Source: Terriglobia bacterium (GTDB lineage: Bacteria; Acidobacteriota; Polarisedimenticolia; Polarisedimenticolales; JAIQFR01). Taken from it: a stretch of 64,000 nucleotides of DNA. The DNA is taken from positions 2,080,001 through 2,144,000 of the forward strand of contig CAVVHE010000004.1 of NCBI GenBank assembly GCA_963748015.1, given 5' to 3'. Shown here one piece after another: positions 16,684-26,533 of the stretch (its first letter is position 1; each line of letters begins with the position of its first letter). Under the pieces are notes generated by a model. It made no database searches. It was not told where the DNA came from and saw nothing but the letters and a program-made list of their open reading frames with translations. The translations under genes were made by a program, and so were the position numbers.

Positions 16684-19434
16684 TCATCTGTTGATGCTGC
16701 CCTGATCGTGTGGGACCATGACGCGACCGCGTCCTGTCCCGGTGTTCCCGGACGCGTCGGTTGCCCGGTACTCGATCGTGTACGTCCGGCCGGGTCCGCT
16801 GCCGGCCCGCTCTGCTCGCAAAAGGACGTCGAGGTCGGCCGTGCCCAGCGTCGCATCCTGGATGTCGCGGACCGTGTTCCCGTCCCCTCCCCCTGGAGCG
16901 TCATCCGGCTCGCTCGAGACCGCGGATTGCAGCACCACTCGGGGCGAAGGATCGCAGGCATCGAGCGTAAGCACGCGGACATGGACGGGGTAAATCTTGT
17001 GGTTCGGCGGCCACAAGTAGTTCGGAGCCGCTTCGACCGTCACCACGGGAGGCGTGGTGTCCACCACGGTCACGACGGTCCGGCAGGTCGCCGAGTTCCC
17101 GGCGGCGTCCGTGGCGGTGAACGTCACCGTCGTGGAGCCCAGAGGATACGAGCCCGACGCGTCCGCGCCGCCCTGCGTCCTGTCGTTGGTGATCGTGGCC
17201 GCGCCGTCGCAGAGGTCGACCGCGGTGGCGGGCGGAATCGCGATTCTCGACTGGCCGACGGACTGGCACTCCACCGTGACGCCAGGTGCGCACGATATCG
17301 CCGGTGGAGTGGTATCGGCGACCGTGATGACCACGCCGTCGGTTCCCGTCGCGCCGGCCCTGTCCACGACGGTCAGGAGCACGTCGTGTACCCCGAGGTG
17401 GAACGGGACCGACGCGATTTCACCGCTCGCCAATGCCGTCCCGCTCTCCGACCACGCGAAGCTCGAGAGATCGTCTTGCGTGCCCGGAGTCGAGTCGGGA
17501 TCGGAGCTTCGCGAGCCGTCGAGCGTCGCCGTCGCCACCCCGTCGGCGGAACACTCGAGAACCTGGTCGGGGCCCGCGTCCGCCGTCGGCGGCCGATTTG
17601 CCAGCCCGTACTCCCACGTGTCGCCGATGATCTCTTCATCGTCGTCTAGACCGCCGAAGAGCACCAAGCGATCCCGCGCGCCGTCGTACGCCATCGCGTG
17701 GAAGAAACGAGCCGGCGGGCTCGACGCGGTCGTCTTCTGGGCCCACGCGACCCCGTCCCACTCCCAGGTGTCGGCCAGGCGGCCTTGGTCTTCCAAACCC
17801 CCGAAGAGAACCGTCCGACCCCGTGCGCCGTCGTACGCCATCGCGTGCCACGTGCGTGCGGGCGGGCTCATGGCGGGCGTTCTCTCGACCCATGCGTTCC
17901 CGTCCCACTCCCACGTGTCGGCGAGAAGGGGACTCATTGGTGGCATGCCCCCGAAGAGCACCACGCGCCCCCGCGCGCTGTCGTACGCCATCGCGAGGTA
18001 GCTGCGGGCCGGCGGGCTCGACGCGGTCGTCCTCTGAGCCCACGTGACCCCGTCCCACTCCCACGTGTCGGCGAGTTGTCGCCCAGGGCTGGTTTCCCCT
18101 CCGAAGAGCACCACGCATCCCCGCGCGCTGTCGTACGCCATCGCGTGCCCATACCGGGCCGACGGGCTCGCGGCGGGCCGAACCTCGAACCACGTGGTCC
18201 CGTCCCACTCCCACGTTTCGTCGAACGTGACGAGATTGTCGTCCCCGCCGAACAGCACGACCCGCCCTCGCGCGCTGTCGTATGCCATTGCGTGGCCGAA
18301 TCTGACCGACGGGCCCGTGGCGGAAGTCCTGTCGAACCACGCGACACCATCCCACTCCCAAGTGTCCGCGAAATAGCCGTTGTTCCCGCGACCTCCGAAG
18401 AGCACCACGCGCGCGTGCATGCTGTCGTACGCCATCGCGTGGACGTACCGGGGCTGAGGGCTAGCGGTGGGGGTCCTCTCTAGCCAAGTAATTCCGTTCC
18501 ATTCCCAAGTGTCCGCGACCAGGCCGTGCGTGCTGCCCCCTCCGAACAGCACGACGCGCCCCCGTGCGCTGTCGTAAGCCATCGCGTGCCCCGCGTGAAT
18601 CGTCGGGCTGGTGACGGGCACTTTCTGAGCCCACGTGCTCCCATCCCATTCCCACGTGTCCGCAAATTCCGGGTAGCCTCCAAATAGCACGACACGCCCA
18701 CGCGCGCTGTCGTACGCCATCGCATGGTCCGAACGCGGCGGTGGGCAGGTAGCGGGCGCCCTCTCAACCCACGTGTCGCCGTCCCACTCCCACGTGTCGG
18801 CGAGGAGGGGATACGGGCTCCCCCCTCCGAAGAGGACGACACGCCCCCGTGCGGTGTCGTACGCCATCGCGTGCCCATTGCGGGACGGCGGGCTCGTATC
18901 GGGAGTCCTCTGAGCCCACGTGCTCCCATCCCACTCCCACGTGTCGCCGGCGAGCTGTCCGGAGCCAGTCTCACCGCCGAAGAGCACCACGCGGCCCCGC
19001 GCGCTGTCGTACGCCATCGCGTGGCCATAACGGGACGGTGGGCTCGTGGCGGGTGTCCTCTGAACCCACGTGTTTCCATCCCACTCCCACGTGTCGGAGA
19101 GGGACGGCGCATAGCCCCCGAACAGCACCACGCGGCCCCGCGCGCTGTCATAGGCCATCGCGTGCCCCGAGCGAGCCGGTGGGCTCGTGGCGGGCTTCCT
19201 CTCCACCCACGTGGTCCCATCCCACTCCCACGTGTCGGCGCGGGGGACCTCGTTTCCGAATCCGCCAAAGAGCACGACGCGACCCCGGGCGCTGTCGTAG
19301 GCCATCGCGTGGCCGCCGCGAGACGACGGGCTCGAGCTTCCCATTGCGAGACGCCAGTCGGGAACGCCGGCCTGGACCAAGCCGGCACCGACACAGACCG
19401 CAACGAGCGCCAGGCAGACACCGGCTCGCTTCAT
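16684..19434 (-). CDS. Secreted Kelch/galactose-oxidase-like beta-propeller protein (12 repeats) with PKD-like, HYR and C-terminal LWPPNHK Ig-like domains
   Basis: Signal peptide; 12 copies of AMAYDSARGRVVLFGG...DTWEWDG; NRPPTADAGPDQ; DTTPPAISC; YPLGSTTVTFTATDAAGN; LWPPNHK. Confidence 0.9.
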   Translation of the reverse strand: MKRAGVCLALVAVCVGAGLVQAGVPDWRLAMGSSSPSSRGGHAMAYDSARGRVVLFGGFGNEVPRADTWEWDGTTWVERKPATSPPARSGHAMAYDSARGRVVLFGGYAPSLSDTWEWDGNTWVQRTPATSPPSRYGHAMAYDSARGRVVLFGGETGSGQLAGDTWEWDGSTWAQRTPDTSPPSRNGHAMAYDTARGRVVLFGGGSPYPLLADTWEWDGDTWVERAPATCPPPRSDHAMAYDSARGRVVLFGGYPEFADTWEWDGSTWAQKVPVTSPTIHAGHAMAYDSARGRVVLFGGGSTHGLVADTWEWNGITWLERTPTASPQPRYVHAMAYDSMHARVVLFGGRGNNGYFADTWEWDGVAWFDRTSATGPSVRFGHAMAYDSARGRVVLFGGDDNLVTFDETWEWDGTTWFEVRPAASPSARYGHAMAYDSARGCVVLFGGETSPGRQLADTWEWDGVTWAQRTTASSPPARSYLAMAYDSARGRVVLFGGMPPMSPLLADTWEWDGNAWVERTPAMSPPARTWHAMAYDGARGRTVLFGGLEDQGRLADTWEWDGVAWAQKTTASSPPARFFHAMAYDGARDRLVLFGGLDDDEEIIGDTWEYGLANRPPTADAGPDQVLECSADGVATATLDGSRSSDPDSTPGTQDDLSSFAWSESGTALASGEIASVPFHLGVHDVLLTVVDRAGATGTDGVVITVADTTPPAISCAPGVTVECQSVGQSRIAIPPATAVDLCDGAATITNDRTQGGADASGSYPLGSTTVTFTATDAAGNSATCRTVVTVVDTTPPVVTVEAAPNYLWPPNHKIYPVHVRVLTLDACDPSPRVVLQSAVSSEPDDAPGGGDGNTVRDIQDATLGTADLDVLLRAERAGSGPGRTYTIEYRATDASGNTGTGRGRVMVPHDQGSINR

Positions 19435-19575
19435 GGAAGTCCCCCTCCGGCTAGATCCCTACTTCAACTGCGGCTCGGGGACCGCAGAACCGTGGCCTGG
19501 CGAGAACATACGCCGATTTGGAGCTATGGAGCCGGCGAGGTGAAGAATTTTCTTCCGGCCGCTGGAGTGGCGTGG

Positions 19576-20043
19576 TTACGCCAGCTTCAGAACAAGTCCC
19601 TCGACCGGACTATCGCCGAGCTTGGAGAACTCCTTGTCCTCGCCGACGACGGTGAACCCGCATTTCTCCAGGACCCGGATCGAAGCGGCGTTGTGTTTCG
19701 CGACATGAGCGAACAAGGGGCGGATGGCTTCGTGACCCAGGAACTCCGACAGCGCCGCCGTGGCAATGCCCTTGCCCCAGAAGCTCTTTCCTAGCCAGTA
19801 GCCGATTTCCCGTTCGCCGGACTGCTCCCAGCTCACGACGTTGCCGGCCACGCTCCCGTCGAAGAGGATGGCCTTCTTGACGACCGTCGCGTCGCCCAGG
19901 ATCTTCGTCCAGTGCGCGAAGAACGCCTCGCGGTCCCGGGCCGGGAATGCGGCCAGCTGGTTGGCGTCCGGGTCCCGCTGATGCTCGAAGAAGGCGGGGA
20001 GGTCTTCTTCCGTAACGTCACGCAAGACGACGTCGACTCTCAT
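19576..20043 (-). CDS. GNAT N-acetyltransferase (RimJ/RimL-like)
   Basis: EIGYWLGKSFWGKGIAT, HNAASIRVLEKCGF. Confidence 0.9.
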   Translation of the reverse strand: MRVDVVLRDVTEEDLPAFFEHQRDPDANQLAAFPARDREAFFAHWTKILGDATVVKKAILFDGSVAGNVVSWEQSGEREIGYWLGKSFWGKGIATAALSEFLGHEAIRPLFAHVAKHNAASIRVLEKCGFTVVGEDKEFSKLGDSPVEGLVLKLA

Positions 20044-20094
20044 GCGTCTTTCTCGGCGGACCTGGGCGCGGTCATCTCCCCGACCAGGTCATCG

Positions 20095-20514
20095 CTACCG
20101 CGGCTCGATCCCAACCAGCTCCACGTCGTAGTGAAGCGTGTCGTCGGGCGATAGCCCCTCCGGATACGTGCTCCGCTTGCTAAGCGCCGGCGGAACGATC
20201 ATCGTCCGTCGCTCGCCCACTCGCATCCCCGTCACCCCTTCGTCCACGCCGTCGATCACCTGTTTTCCGCCGAGCAAGAAGCGCAGCGGTTTTCCACGGG
20301 TGCGGGTGCTGTACTGGACCCGCCCATCCGGAAACGTCGTCGTTTCGTGGATGAGCACGTACTGGCCGGCATGGGCGGCCGGGCCGGATCCCCTCTTGAT
20401 CACCGTGTAGACCAGCCCGGACGGTGTTGTGATCGGCTTGCCGGAACTCGCGCACCCGGCAGCCGCGGCCAGGAGCATCGCCAACACGCTGGGGAACAAG
20501 CGTCGTCGATGCAT
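20095..20514 (-). CDS. FKBP-type peptidyl-prolyl isomerase, probable lipoprotein
   Basis: TPSGLVY, FLLGGKQVIDGVDEGVTGMRVGERRTMIVPP; lipobox-like AAGC. Confidence 0.85.
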   Translation of the reverse strand: MHRRRLFPSVLAMLLAAAAGCASSGKPITTPSGLVYTVIKRGSGPAAHAGQYVLIHETTTFPDGRVQYSTRTRGKPLRFLLGGKQVIDGVDEGVTGMRVGERRTMIVPPALSKRSTYPEGLSPDDTLHYDVELVGIEPR

Positions 20515-20706
20515 CTGTTGGTTCAACGATCCCTCGGAAAGAACGATCGTTCCTTCGGCGCGAAATCTCCCCCGCTCTCTGGCGGGCAAGGGGGAGCGAG
20601 GAAGTCCGGCCTGAGTCAGCCGGATCCCGGGAGATTGCATCAGAGCGGACCGGATCGCCAAGAACTCGCGAACTACAAACGGTCGGAGTTCCTTTTCAAT
20701 CAGCGA

Positions 20707-21030
20707 TCACTTCTTGGGCATGCGGGGAGGCTTCTCGCGCGTGCCCTTCCAGTCGTCCAACAGGGCCTTCAGCCCCTCGACGGTCACGCCGCCGTGGTCG
20801 ACCCCGGAGTCCCAACGCTCCATGAGGGCCTTGTAGCGGTCGCGGAGGACGCCCTTGGGCAGGAACTTGCCCTGGAACTTCTCCAGGAGCGCGAGCCGGG
20901 GATCGGCGGGCGGACGCGGAGGAGGAGGAGGAGCCTTCGGCTCCGCGGCGGCGGGCGCCTCGGCCGGTGCCTTGGCCTTCTTCTCTTTCTTCTCTTTCGC
21001 TTCGGCCTTCTGCTTCGGTTCGGCTGCCAT
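20707..21030 (-). CDS. Hypothetical Lys/Pro-rich small protein
   Basis: Protein-like composition and codon bias; no family recognised. Confidence 0.65.
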   Translation of the reverse strand: MAAEPKQKAEAKEKKEKKAKAPAEAPAAAEPKAPPPPPRPPADPRLALLEKFQGKFLPKGVLRDRYKALMERWDSGVDHGGVTVEGLKALLDDWKGTREKPPRMPKK

Positions 21031-21515
21031 CACGATCACCCAACCTCTCTGCCCCGTGCAACTCGGCCGAGATCCGCGGGCCCATCGGGTGCGTCTCGGC
21101 GTCCCAATGCAGGGCCATCACCTTAACCGACGCGCCGGCGCCTTGGCAAGGAGGACTTCCCCCGCGAGAGGGGGCCCGTCGTGGAGTTCGGGGGCTTCGT
21201 AGGGTGCGGCTCGGTCATTCATCAGCTCATTCTCCGCCCCGGGGGACGGCGGATTTCAACCTGCTCGTCACCCCATCGCCCCGGGAGTCTCTTGCCTGGT
21301 GCGGGTCTTGTTTTCTCGCGGCCGGGGTATCGAACGAGCACAATTCCGCTTCGACGGGCAGATTGGCCCCCGCAGCGCTTCAAATAACCTCGCCGTTCCG
21401 GGATTAGCTGGCTCCCCACCCGGCTCGGTCTTTACAACCCCGCCAACTCAATCAGGATCGCCACCCGACCGGCGTCCACCGAGTCGAACAGGTGGTTCCT
21501 CCAGCGGGGTCTTTG

Positions 21516-21929
21516 TCACGCTGCGATATGCCACACGATCTTCTGGTCGGGTGCGATTGCTTTGAGGAGCCGCTCGACCATCTCAACGGTCGGCATCGCC
21601 CGTCCCTGTTCGTATCGGGCGTACGCGTTCCTGGAGCGTTGCCCCAGCCTCTCGGCGGCCTCGGCCAGCGTCAGGCCCTGACGTTCCCGCTGCCGGCGCA
21701 ACAAGAGCGCCAACAAGACCCCCAAGCGATTACCGCCGATTTCGAACGTCTCCCCGCCGGTCGGATAGACAGTCGCTCGGAAGCCCCTCACTCCTGCCAT
21801 CGTCTCGACCAGATCCTCCACCATCGCGAGCGCCTCGCGCTTCGTGCGTCCCTGCGTGACCGCGTCGAGCGCAGGGACCTCGACCAGCCAGAACCTGCCG
21901 TCCCTCCTGATTCGCCCTGGGAACCTCAT
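21516..21929 (-). CDS. hicB: HicB-family antitoxin with C-terminal XRE HTH
   Basis: WLVEVPALDAVTQGRTKREALAM, followed by GLTLAEAAERLG...YARYEQG; ATGA overlap with hicA. Confidence 0.85.
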   Translation of the reverse strand: MRFPGRIRRDGRFWLVEVPALDAVTQGRTKREALAMVEDLVETMAGVRGFRATVYPTGGETFEIGGNRLGVLLALLLRRQRERQGLTLAEAAERLGQRSRNAYARYEQGRAMPTVEMVERLLKAIAPDQKIVWHIAA

Positions 21930-22108
21930 CGCCTCTCCTTCGCCCGCCTCAGGATGATCTGCGCCAGCCTCTCGTTGATCTCCGGGTGTCTGGGAACGTA
22001 CTCCGTGAACGAGCCGTCGGCGCTGACCCACACGTCGTGTTTGCCTCCGTGGCGCTGCAGCGTCCAACCCAGCTCGCGGAGTCGACGCTCCAGCTCCCTG
22101 CGCTTCAT
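21926..22108 (-). CDS. hicA: HicA-family toxin (mRNA interferase)
   Basis: MKRRELERRLRELGW...RHGGKHDVW...VPRHPEINERLAQII. Confidence 0.9.
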   Translation of the reverse strand: MKRRELERRLRELGWTLQRHGGKHDVWVSADGSFTEYVPRHPEINERLAQIILRRAKERR

Positions 22109-22117
22109 GCCGTTAAT

Positions 22118-22135
22118 GTACACTTATACGTGTAC
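22118..22135. promoter_or_regulatory. Inverted repeat GTACAC-N6-GTGTAC, probable HicB operator
   Basis: Palindrome in an AT-rich patch 10 bp upstream of the hicA start. Confidence 0.55.
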
Positions 22136-22269
22136 TTGCGCAAACGGGTCGCGAGGTGTGATGGTACGGCGATGGCGAGGGACCGCATTCGTCCGCGTAA
22201 GCGATTGCCCCTCAAGCGCTTAGCGCAACCGGGTACAGGTTCAGCCTGATTCTCCTTCTGGAGGCTTCG

Positions 22270-23610
22270 GTGCGCGCCCAACACCCCGAACACGACGTCC
22301 CGCTTCCGAAGGGTTGGCCCCGCCGCGTCCGCTCCGCTGCAATCCACGCCGTCTCGTTGGCCAACGTAGTCTTCGCCGTCACCCGAAGTCAGGCCGAAAA
22401 CCACTTCAACGCTCGGGTCCGGCTCCAGGCCGAGAACGACCGACTCCGGAGCGAGATCGCCGTTCTCCGAGAAGAACTGCGGATCAAGGATGCCCGAATG
22501 GAGCGTATCCCAGCCCAGCGCCGGCCCCACTACCCGCCCATCGACCGGCTGACAATCCTCGAGCTCCGAGCGGCGCGGGCCTGGTCGCTCGCCGAAACCG
22601 CTCGACGCTTGCTCGTGACGCCGCTGACCATCGCCTCGTGGATGCACCGGCTCGACGACGAGGGACCGGAGGCCCTGGTGGGGCTCCCTGAGCCCGTGAA
22701 CCGATTCCCCGAGTTCGTCGGGTACATCGTCCGCCGGCTGAAGACGCTCTGCCCTGCCATGGGGACTCGGAGGATCGCCCGGGTCCTCTGCCGAGCCGGA
22801 CTCCACCTCGGGACGACCACCGTTCGCAGGATGCTCACCGACACGAACGCACGACGACGGCCGAAGAGAGTCGTTGCGGAGTCCGGACCTGTCATTCGGG
22901 CAAAGCGGCCAAACGACGTCTGGCACACCGACCTCACGACCGTACCTATCGTCGGCGGCTTCTGGGTGCCGTGGCTCCCGTGGGCACTCACCCAGCGCTG
23001 GCCATTCTGCTGGTGGATTGCCGTCGTGGTCGACCACTACTCCAGGCGCGTGATGGGCGTGGTCACTTTCCGCAGCCAGCCCTCGTCGGCGGCGGTACAG
23101 AGGTTTCTCGATCGCGTCACCTGCGAGACCGGAGTCGCACCAAGACACCTCATCACCGACAAGGGCCGACAGTTCGCAGCCGTCCGGTTCCGTCGATGGT
23201 GTCGCCGCCGCGGCACTCGTCAACGCTTCGGCGCCGTCGGGCACTACGGCAGCATCGCGGTCGTCGAGCGCTTCATCCGGACCATGAAGACCGAGTGCAC
23301 GCGAAGAATCCTGGTCCCGCTCCGGCTCGCTGCAATCCAACGCGAACTCACGATCTTCGCTGAGTGGTACAACGGCGATCGGCCTCACGAGGTGCTCGCG
23401 GCGCGGACACCGGACGAGATCTACTTCGGCCGACGACCGGCTTGCCTCCTGCCTCAATTCGAGCCTCGTACGCGGTGGCCACGACGGTCGCCGTGCGCGA
23501 CGCCGAACGTGCTCGTTCGCGGTCATCCCGGCGCCGTCGTTAAATTGGAACTCAACTTCCGAGGCGGCCGGAAGCATCTCCCCCTCGTCGCTCTGCATCG
23601 CGCCGCGTAG
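22270..23610 (+). mobile_element. DDE integrase-core (rve) transposase with N-terminal HTH
   Basis: PNDVWHTDLT, VVDHYSR, HLITDKGRQF, VVERFIRTMK, WYNGDRPH. Confidence 0.85.
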
Positions 23611-23940
23611 TGTCCCGGTCCCTGTCCACCGTGACGACGGACTCCAGGCATCGTGCCGCCGCGAGGTCGGGCACCGTCCCTTGCGCGACGAAATGACCAC
23701 CCTTCAACCTCTCATCCACGCGCCTTCACGCGCCGCTTCTGACTCACAGCGCGCGGGGATCGCTCTCAGATTCGAGCAGATTTCGGGCACGAGGTCTCGG
23801 TGGCGCGGTTCACCACCGGAGAGCGCGAACCGCTTTTGTGGACGGAGAAGGTCGCGAGCTTCGCGGAGGTTTTCGCGGAAAAGCTTGAGATTCCGGTCCT
23901 GGCTGTTAACCAGATCGCGGGAGTTTGTAATCCGGTGATC

Positions 23941-23985
23941 TGGCTCCCCAACAGGGACTCAAGACTCGGACCCGGTGGTTAACAG
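23941..23985 (-). pseudogene. Degenerate 3' half of tRNA-Asn(GUU), probable att-site relic
   Basis: Minus strand reads CTGTTAA-CCACC-GGGTC-CGAGT-CTTGAGT-CCCTG-TTGGGGA-G-CCA, with exact tRNA spacing from the anticodon loop to CCA; the T-arm is degenerate and the 5' half is absent. Confidence 0.65.
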
Positions 23986-24017
23986 GTGATCGTCCGCCGA
24001 CCGCCGCGAACCTTCGA

Positions 24018-24389
24018 TCAAGGCTCGTGAAACGCCACGTCAGGCATCGGGTAGTGACGACGGTTCAAGGTCCACAGCGTCAAACCGGTTGTCGAGGCGG
24101 CGGCGGCGACGAGCGCGTCCGCGGACTCGACGCCGTGGGAGCGCGAGTAGCGCGCGAGGTAGCCCCCGGCCCGGCGGCCGGTCGCGGCGTCGAGCACAAC
24201 GTCGCCTCGCGCGGCGAGAAAGGCTTCAGTGACGACCTCTTCCCCTGGCCGGACGCCCACGAAGATCTCCGCCCAGGCGACCGCGCAGCAATAGGTGGGA
24301 ACGCCCGCGGCTTCGAGAGCGAGGAGGTGACGCACGACGGCCTGCCGGCCGCGGAGCACCTCGATGACGACGTCCGAATCGAGGAGCAC
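24018..24389 (-). CDS. vapC: VapC PIN-domain toxin
   Basis: LLDSDVVIE, AEIFVG, ADALVAAAA, LWTLNRRHYP. Confidence 0.9.
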   Translation of the reverse strand: MLLDSDVVIEVLRGRQAVVRHLLALEAAGVPTYCCAVAWAEIFVGVRPGEEVVTEAFLAARGDVVLDAATGRRAGGYLARYSRSHGVESADALVAAAASTTGLTLWTLNRRHYPMPDVAFHEP

Positions 24390-24394
24390 CCCGG

Positions 24395-24655
24395 CTACGG
24401 GCGGGGGCGCCTCGATCGCCTCGTATCTCGCCGGAGCCGCCTCACGTACCCGGCGGTGTCGCCCAGCTCGGCGCGGTCCTTCCATAGTCCCTCGATGGCG
24501 CGGAGGGTTGCGAGCCTCTCGTCGGCGCCTCCGGCTCCGTAAGTGCGCGCCAGGGCGTCCCGAACCAGCTCGGACAGCGTTCTCCCCTGCCTGCGCGCCA
24601 GCTTCGTCAGCGTGGCGTGGATTGCCTCGTCCAGGTAGAGCTGCGTGCGGACCAT
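24395..24655 (-). CDS. vapB: VapB/CopG ribbon-helix-helix antitoxin
   Basis: MVRTQLYLDE...ARRQGRTLSELVRDAL...GLWKDR; directly upstream of vapC. Confidence 0.85.
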   Translation of the reverse strand: MVRTQLYLDEAIHATLTKLARRQGRTLSELVRDALARTYGAGGADERLATLRAIEGLWKDRAELGDTAGYVRRLRRDTRRSRRPRP

Positions 24656-24673
24656 GTGATGTATATACATCAC
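24656..24673. promoter_or_regulatory. Perfect 18-bp palindrome GTGATGTATATACATCAC, probable VapB operator
   Basis: Abuts the vapB start codon. Confidence 0.65.
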
Positions 24674-24799
24674 TCAGACTGGTAACGCAAGTTGGAGGGG
24701 GCCCGCAATCCGCTCGATTCGCACCCCTGACGAGATCCGGCGACGATGTCCGTTGACCTCCCGCCCCATCTCCCCTATAAGGTTTCCGGAGAAACGGCG

Positions 24800-26533
24800 A
24801 TGATCTTCCCGATGCGGAGGTTTCTCGTCCTCATGGCTTCCACGACGATTGCGGCGTTGTCGACCGGCTGCGGTCCTTCCAGCGAGCCGGCGGACCTCGT
24901 TCTGCTCCACGGCAATCTCGTGACACTCGACCCGGCGCGGCCGAAAGCGGAGGCGCTCGCGGCACGCGGGGACACGATCGTCGCGGTAGGGACGGACGAC
25001 GAGATTCGCAAGCTCGCCGGCCCCAACACCAAGGTGATCGACCTCGAGGGGAAGCTCGCGATTCCCGGGTTCATCGAGGCGCACGCGCACTTCCTGAGCC
25101 TCGGGCAGTCGAAGCGGATCCTCGACCTGCACACCGCGAAGAGCTGGGACGAGATCGTCGCGCGGGTCGAGGCCGCCGCGCGCACCGCGCCCGAAGGGGC
25201 GTGGATCCTCGGCCGCGGGTGGCACCAGGAAAAATGGACTACTCGCCCCAATCCCGTCGTCGAAGGTTATCCCGTTCGTGACGCGCTGGACCGCGCGGCG
25301 CCGCGGAATCCCGTCATGCTGCGGCACGCGAGCGGCCACGCCGCGATCGTCAACGCGGCCGCGCTCGAGCGCGCGGGGATCGGCGATGCGACGGCGGACC
25401 CCGACGGCGGCAAGATCGTGCGAGATCGGAAGGGCCGGGCCACCGGCGTCCTCCTCGAGAACGCGGACGACGCGGTCGGGAAGGCCGTGGCGGCCGACCG
25501 CGCCAAGCGTCCCGCCAGCGAGCTGGCCGCCGAGCTGGCGCGGGACGTCGAGCTGGCGACGAACGAGTGCCTGTCGAAGGGGATCACGACGTTCCACGAC
25601 GCGGGCGAGAGCATCGCGACCGTGGACCGTTTGCGAAGCATGGCGGAGACGGGAGCGCTCAAGGTGCGCCTCTACGTCATGCTGGAAGGGAGCAACGAGA
25701 CCCTCGCTCCACGCCTCCGCGAGGGGCCTCTCGTCGAGCTCGGCCGCCGCCACCTCACGGTGCGGGCGATCAAGAAGTACATGGACGGCGCCCTCGGCTC
25801 CCGCGGCGCCTGGCTGCTCGCTCCCTACGCCGACGCCCCCGGGACCACGGGGCTGCCGGCCCAGCCGATCGAGCAGCTCGAGGAGACGGCGCGGCTCGCC
25901 GCCGAGAACGGCTTCCAGCTCTGCATCCACGCGATCGGCGACCGCGCGAACCGCGAGGTCCTCGACCTCTACGAGCGCACGATGCGGGCGCACCCGGACG
26001 TCAAGAACCCGCGCTGGCGCATCGAGCACGCGCAGCACCTCGACCCCGCCGACATCCCGCGCTTCTCCCGTCTCGGCGTGATCGCCGCGATGCAGGGGAT
26101 CCACTGCACGTCGGACGGCCCGTGGGTCGCCGAGCGCCTGGGCGAGGAGCGCGCGCGGACCGGCGCTTATGCCTGGCGGCGCCTCCTCGACTCCGGCGCG
26201 CTCGTCGTCAACGGCACCGACGCCCCCGTCGAGGAGGTGGACCCGATCGCCTGCTACCACGCCTCGGTCACGCGGAAGATGAAGAACGGCGCCGCCTTCT
26301 TCCCCGAGCAGCGCATGACCCGCGAGGAGGCGCTCCGCTCCTACACCGCGAGCGCCGCCTACGCGGGTTTCGAGGAAGGGATCAAGGGCTCGCTGGCGCC
26401 GGGCAAGCTCGCCGACGTCACCGTTCTCTCGAAGAACATCCTCGAGGTCCCCGACGACGAGATCCTCGCGGCTCGCGTGATCTACACGATCGTCGGCGGC
26501 AAGGTGGAATACCGCGCCGAGGGAACTCCTTAG
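24800..26533 (+). CDS. YtcJ-like metal-dependent amidohydrolase (amidohydro_3), probable lipoprotein
   Basis: PGFIEAHAH, DGALGSRGA, IHAIGDRA, RIEHAQ, NGTDAPVE, GSLAPGKLAD; LSTGC lipobox. Confidence 0.9.
   Translation: MIFPMRRFLVLMASTTIAALSTGCGPSSEPADLVLLHGNLVTLDPARPKAEALAARGDTIVAVGTDDEIRKLAGPNTKVIDLEGKLAIPGFIEAHAHFLSLGQSKRILDLHTAKSWDEIVARVEAAARTAPEGAWILGRGWHQEKWTTRPNPVVEGYPVRDALDRAAPRNPVMLRHASGHAAIVNAAALERAGIGDATADPDGGKIVRDRKGRATGVLLENADDAVGKAVAADRAKRPASELAAELARDVELATNECLSKGITTFHDAGESIATVDRLRSMAETGALKVRLYVMLEGSNETLAPRLREGPLVELGRRHLTVRAIKKYMDGALGSRGAWLLAPYADAPGTTGLPAQPIEQLEETARLAAENGFQLCIHAIGDRANREVLDLYERTMRAHPDVKNPRWRIEHAQHLDPADIPRFSRLGVIAAMQGIHCTSDGPWVAERLGEERARTGAYAWRRLLDSGALVVNGTDAPVEEVDPIACYHASVTRKMKNGAAFFPEQRMTREEALRSYTASAAYAGFEEGIKGSLAPGKLADVTVLSKNILEVPDDEILAARVIYTIVGGKVEYRAEGTP

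Noticed and set aside
21120..21400. GC-rich hairpins as a tRNA, SRP RNA or riboswitch
   Set aside because: No cloverleaf, T-loop or recognisable aptamer motif could be built by eye. An Rfam scan would settle it.
22186..23695. Weak inverted similarity flanking the transposase (22186-22201 vs 23680-23695) as IS ends
   Set aside because: It needs gaps and mismatches, and there is no target duplication.
21408..23950. CTGGCTCCCCA direct repeat (21408 and 23940) as attL/attR of an island
   Set aside because: It is only 11 bp in GC-rich DNA, CTGGCTCCCC also occurs at 46490, and the left copy lacks further tRNA similarity. Not sufficient to call boundaries.
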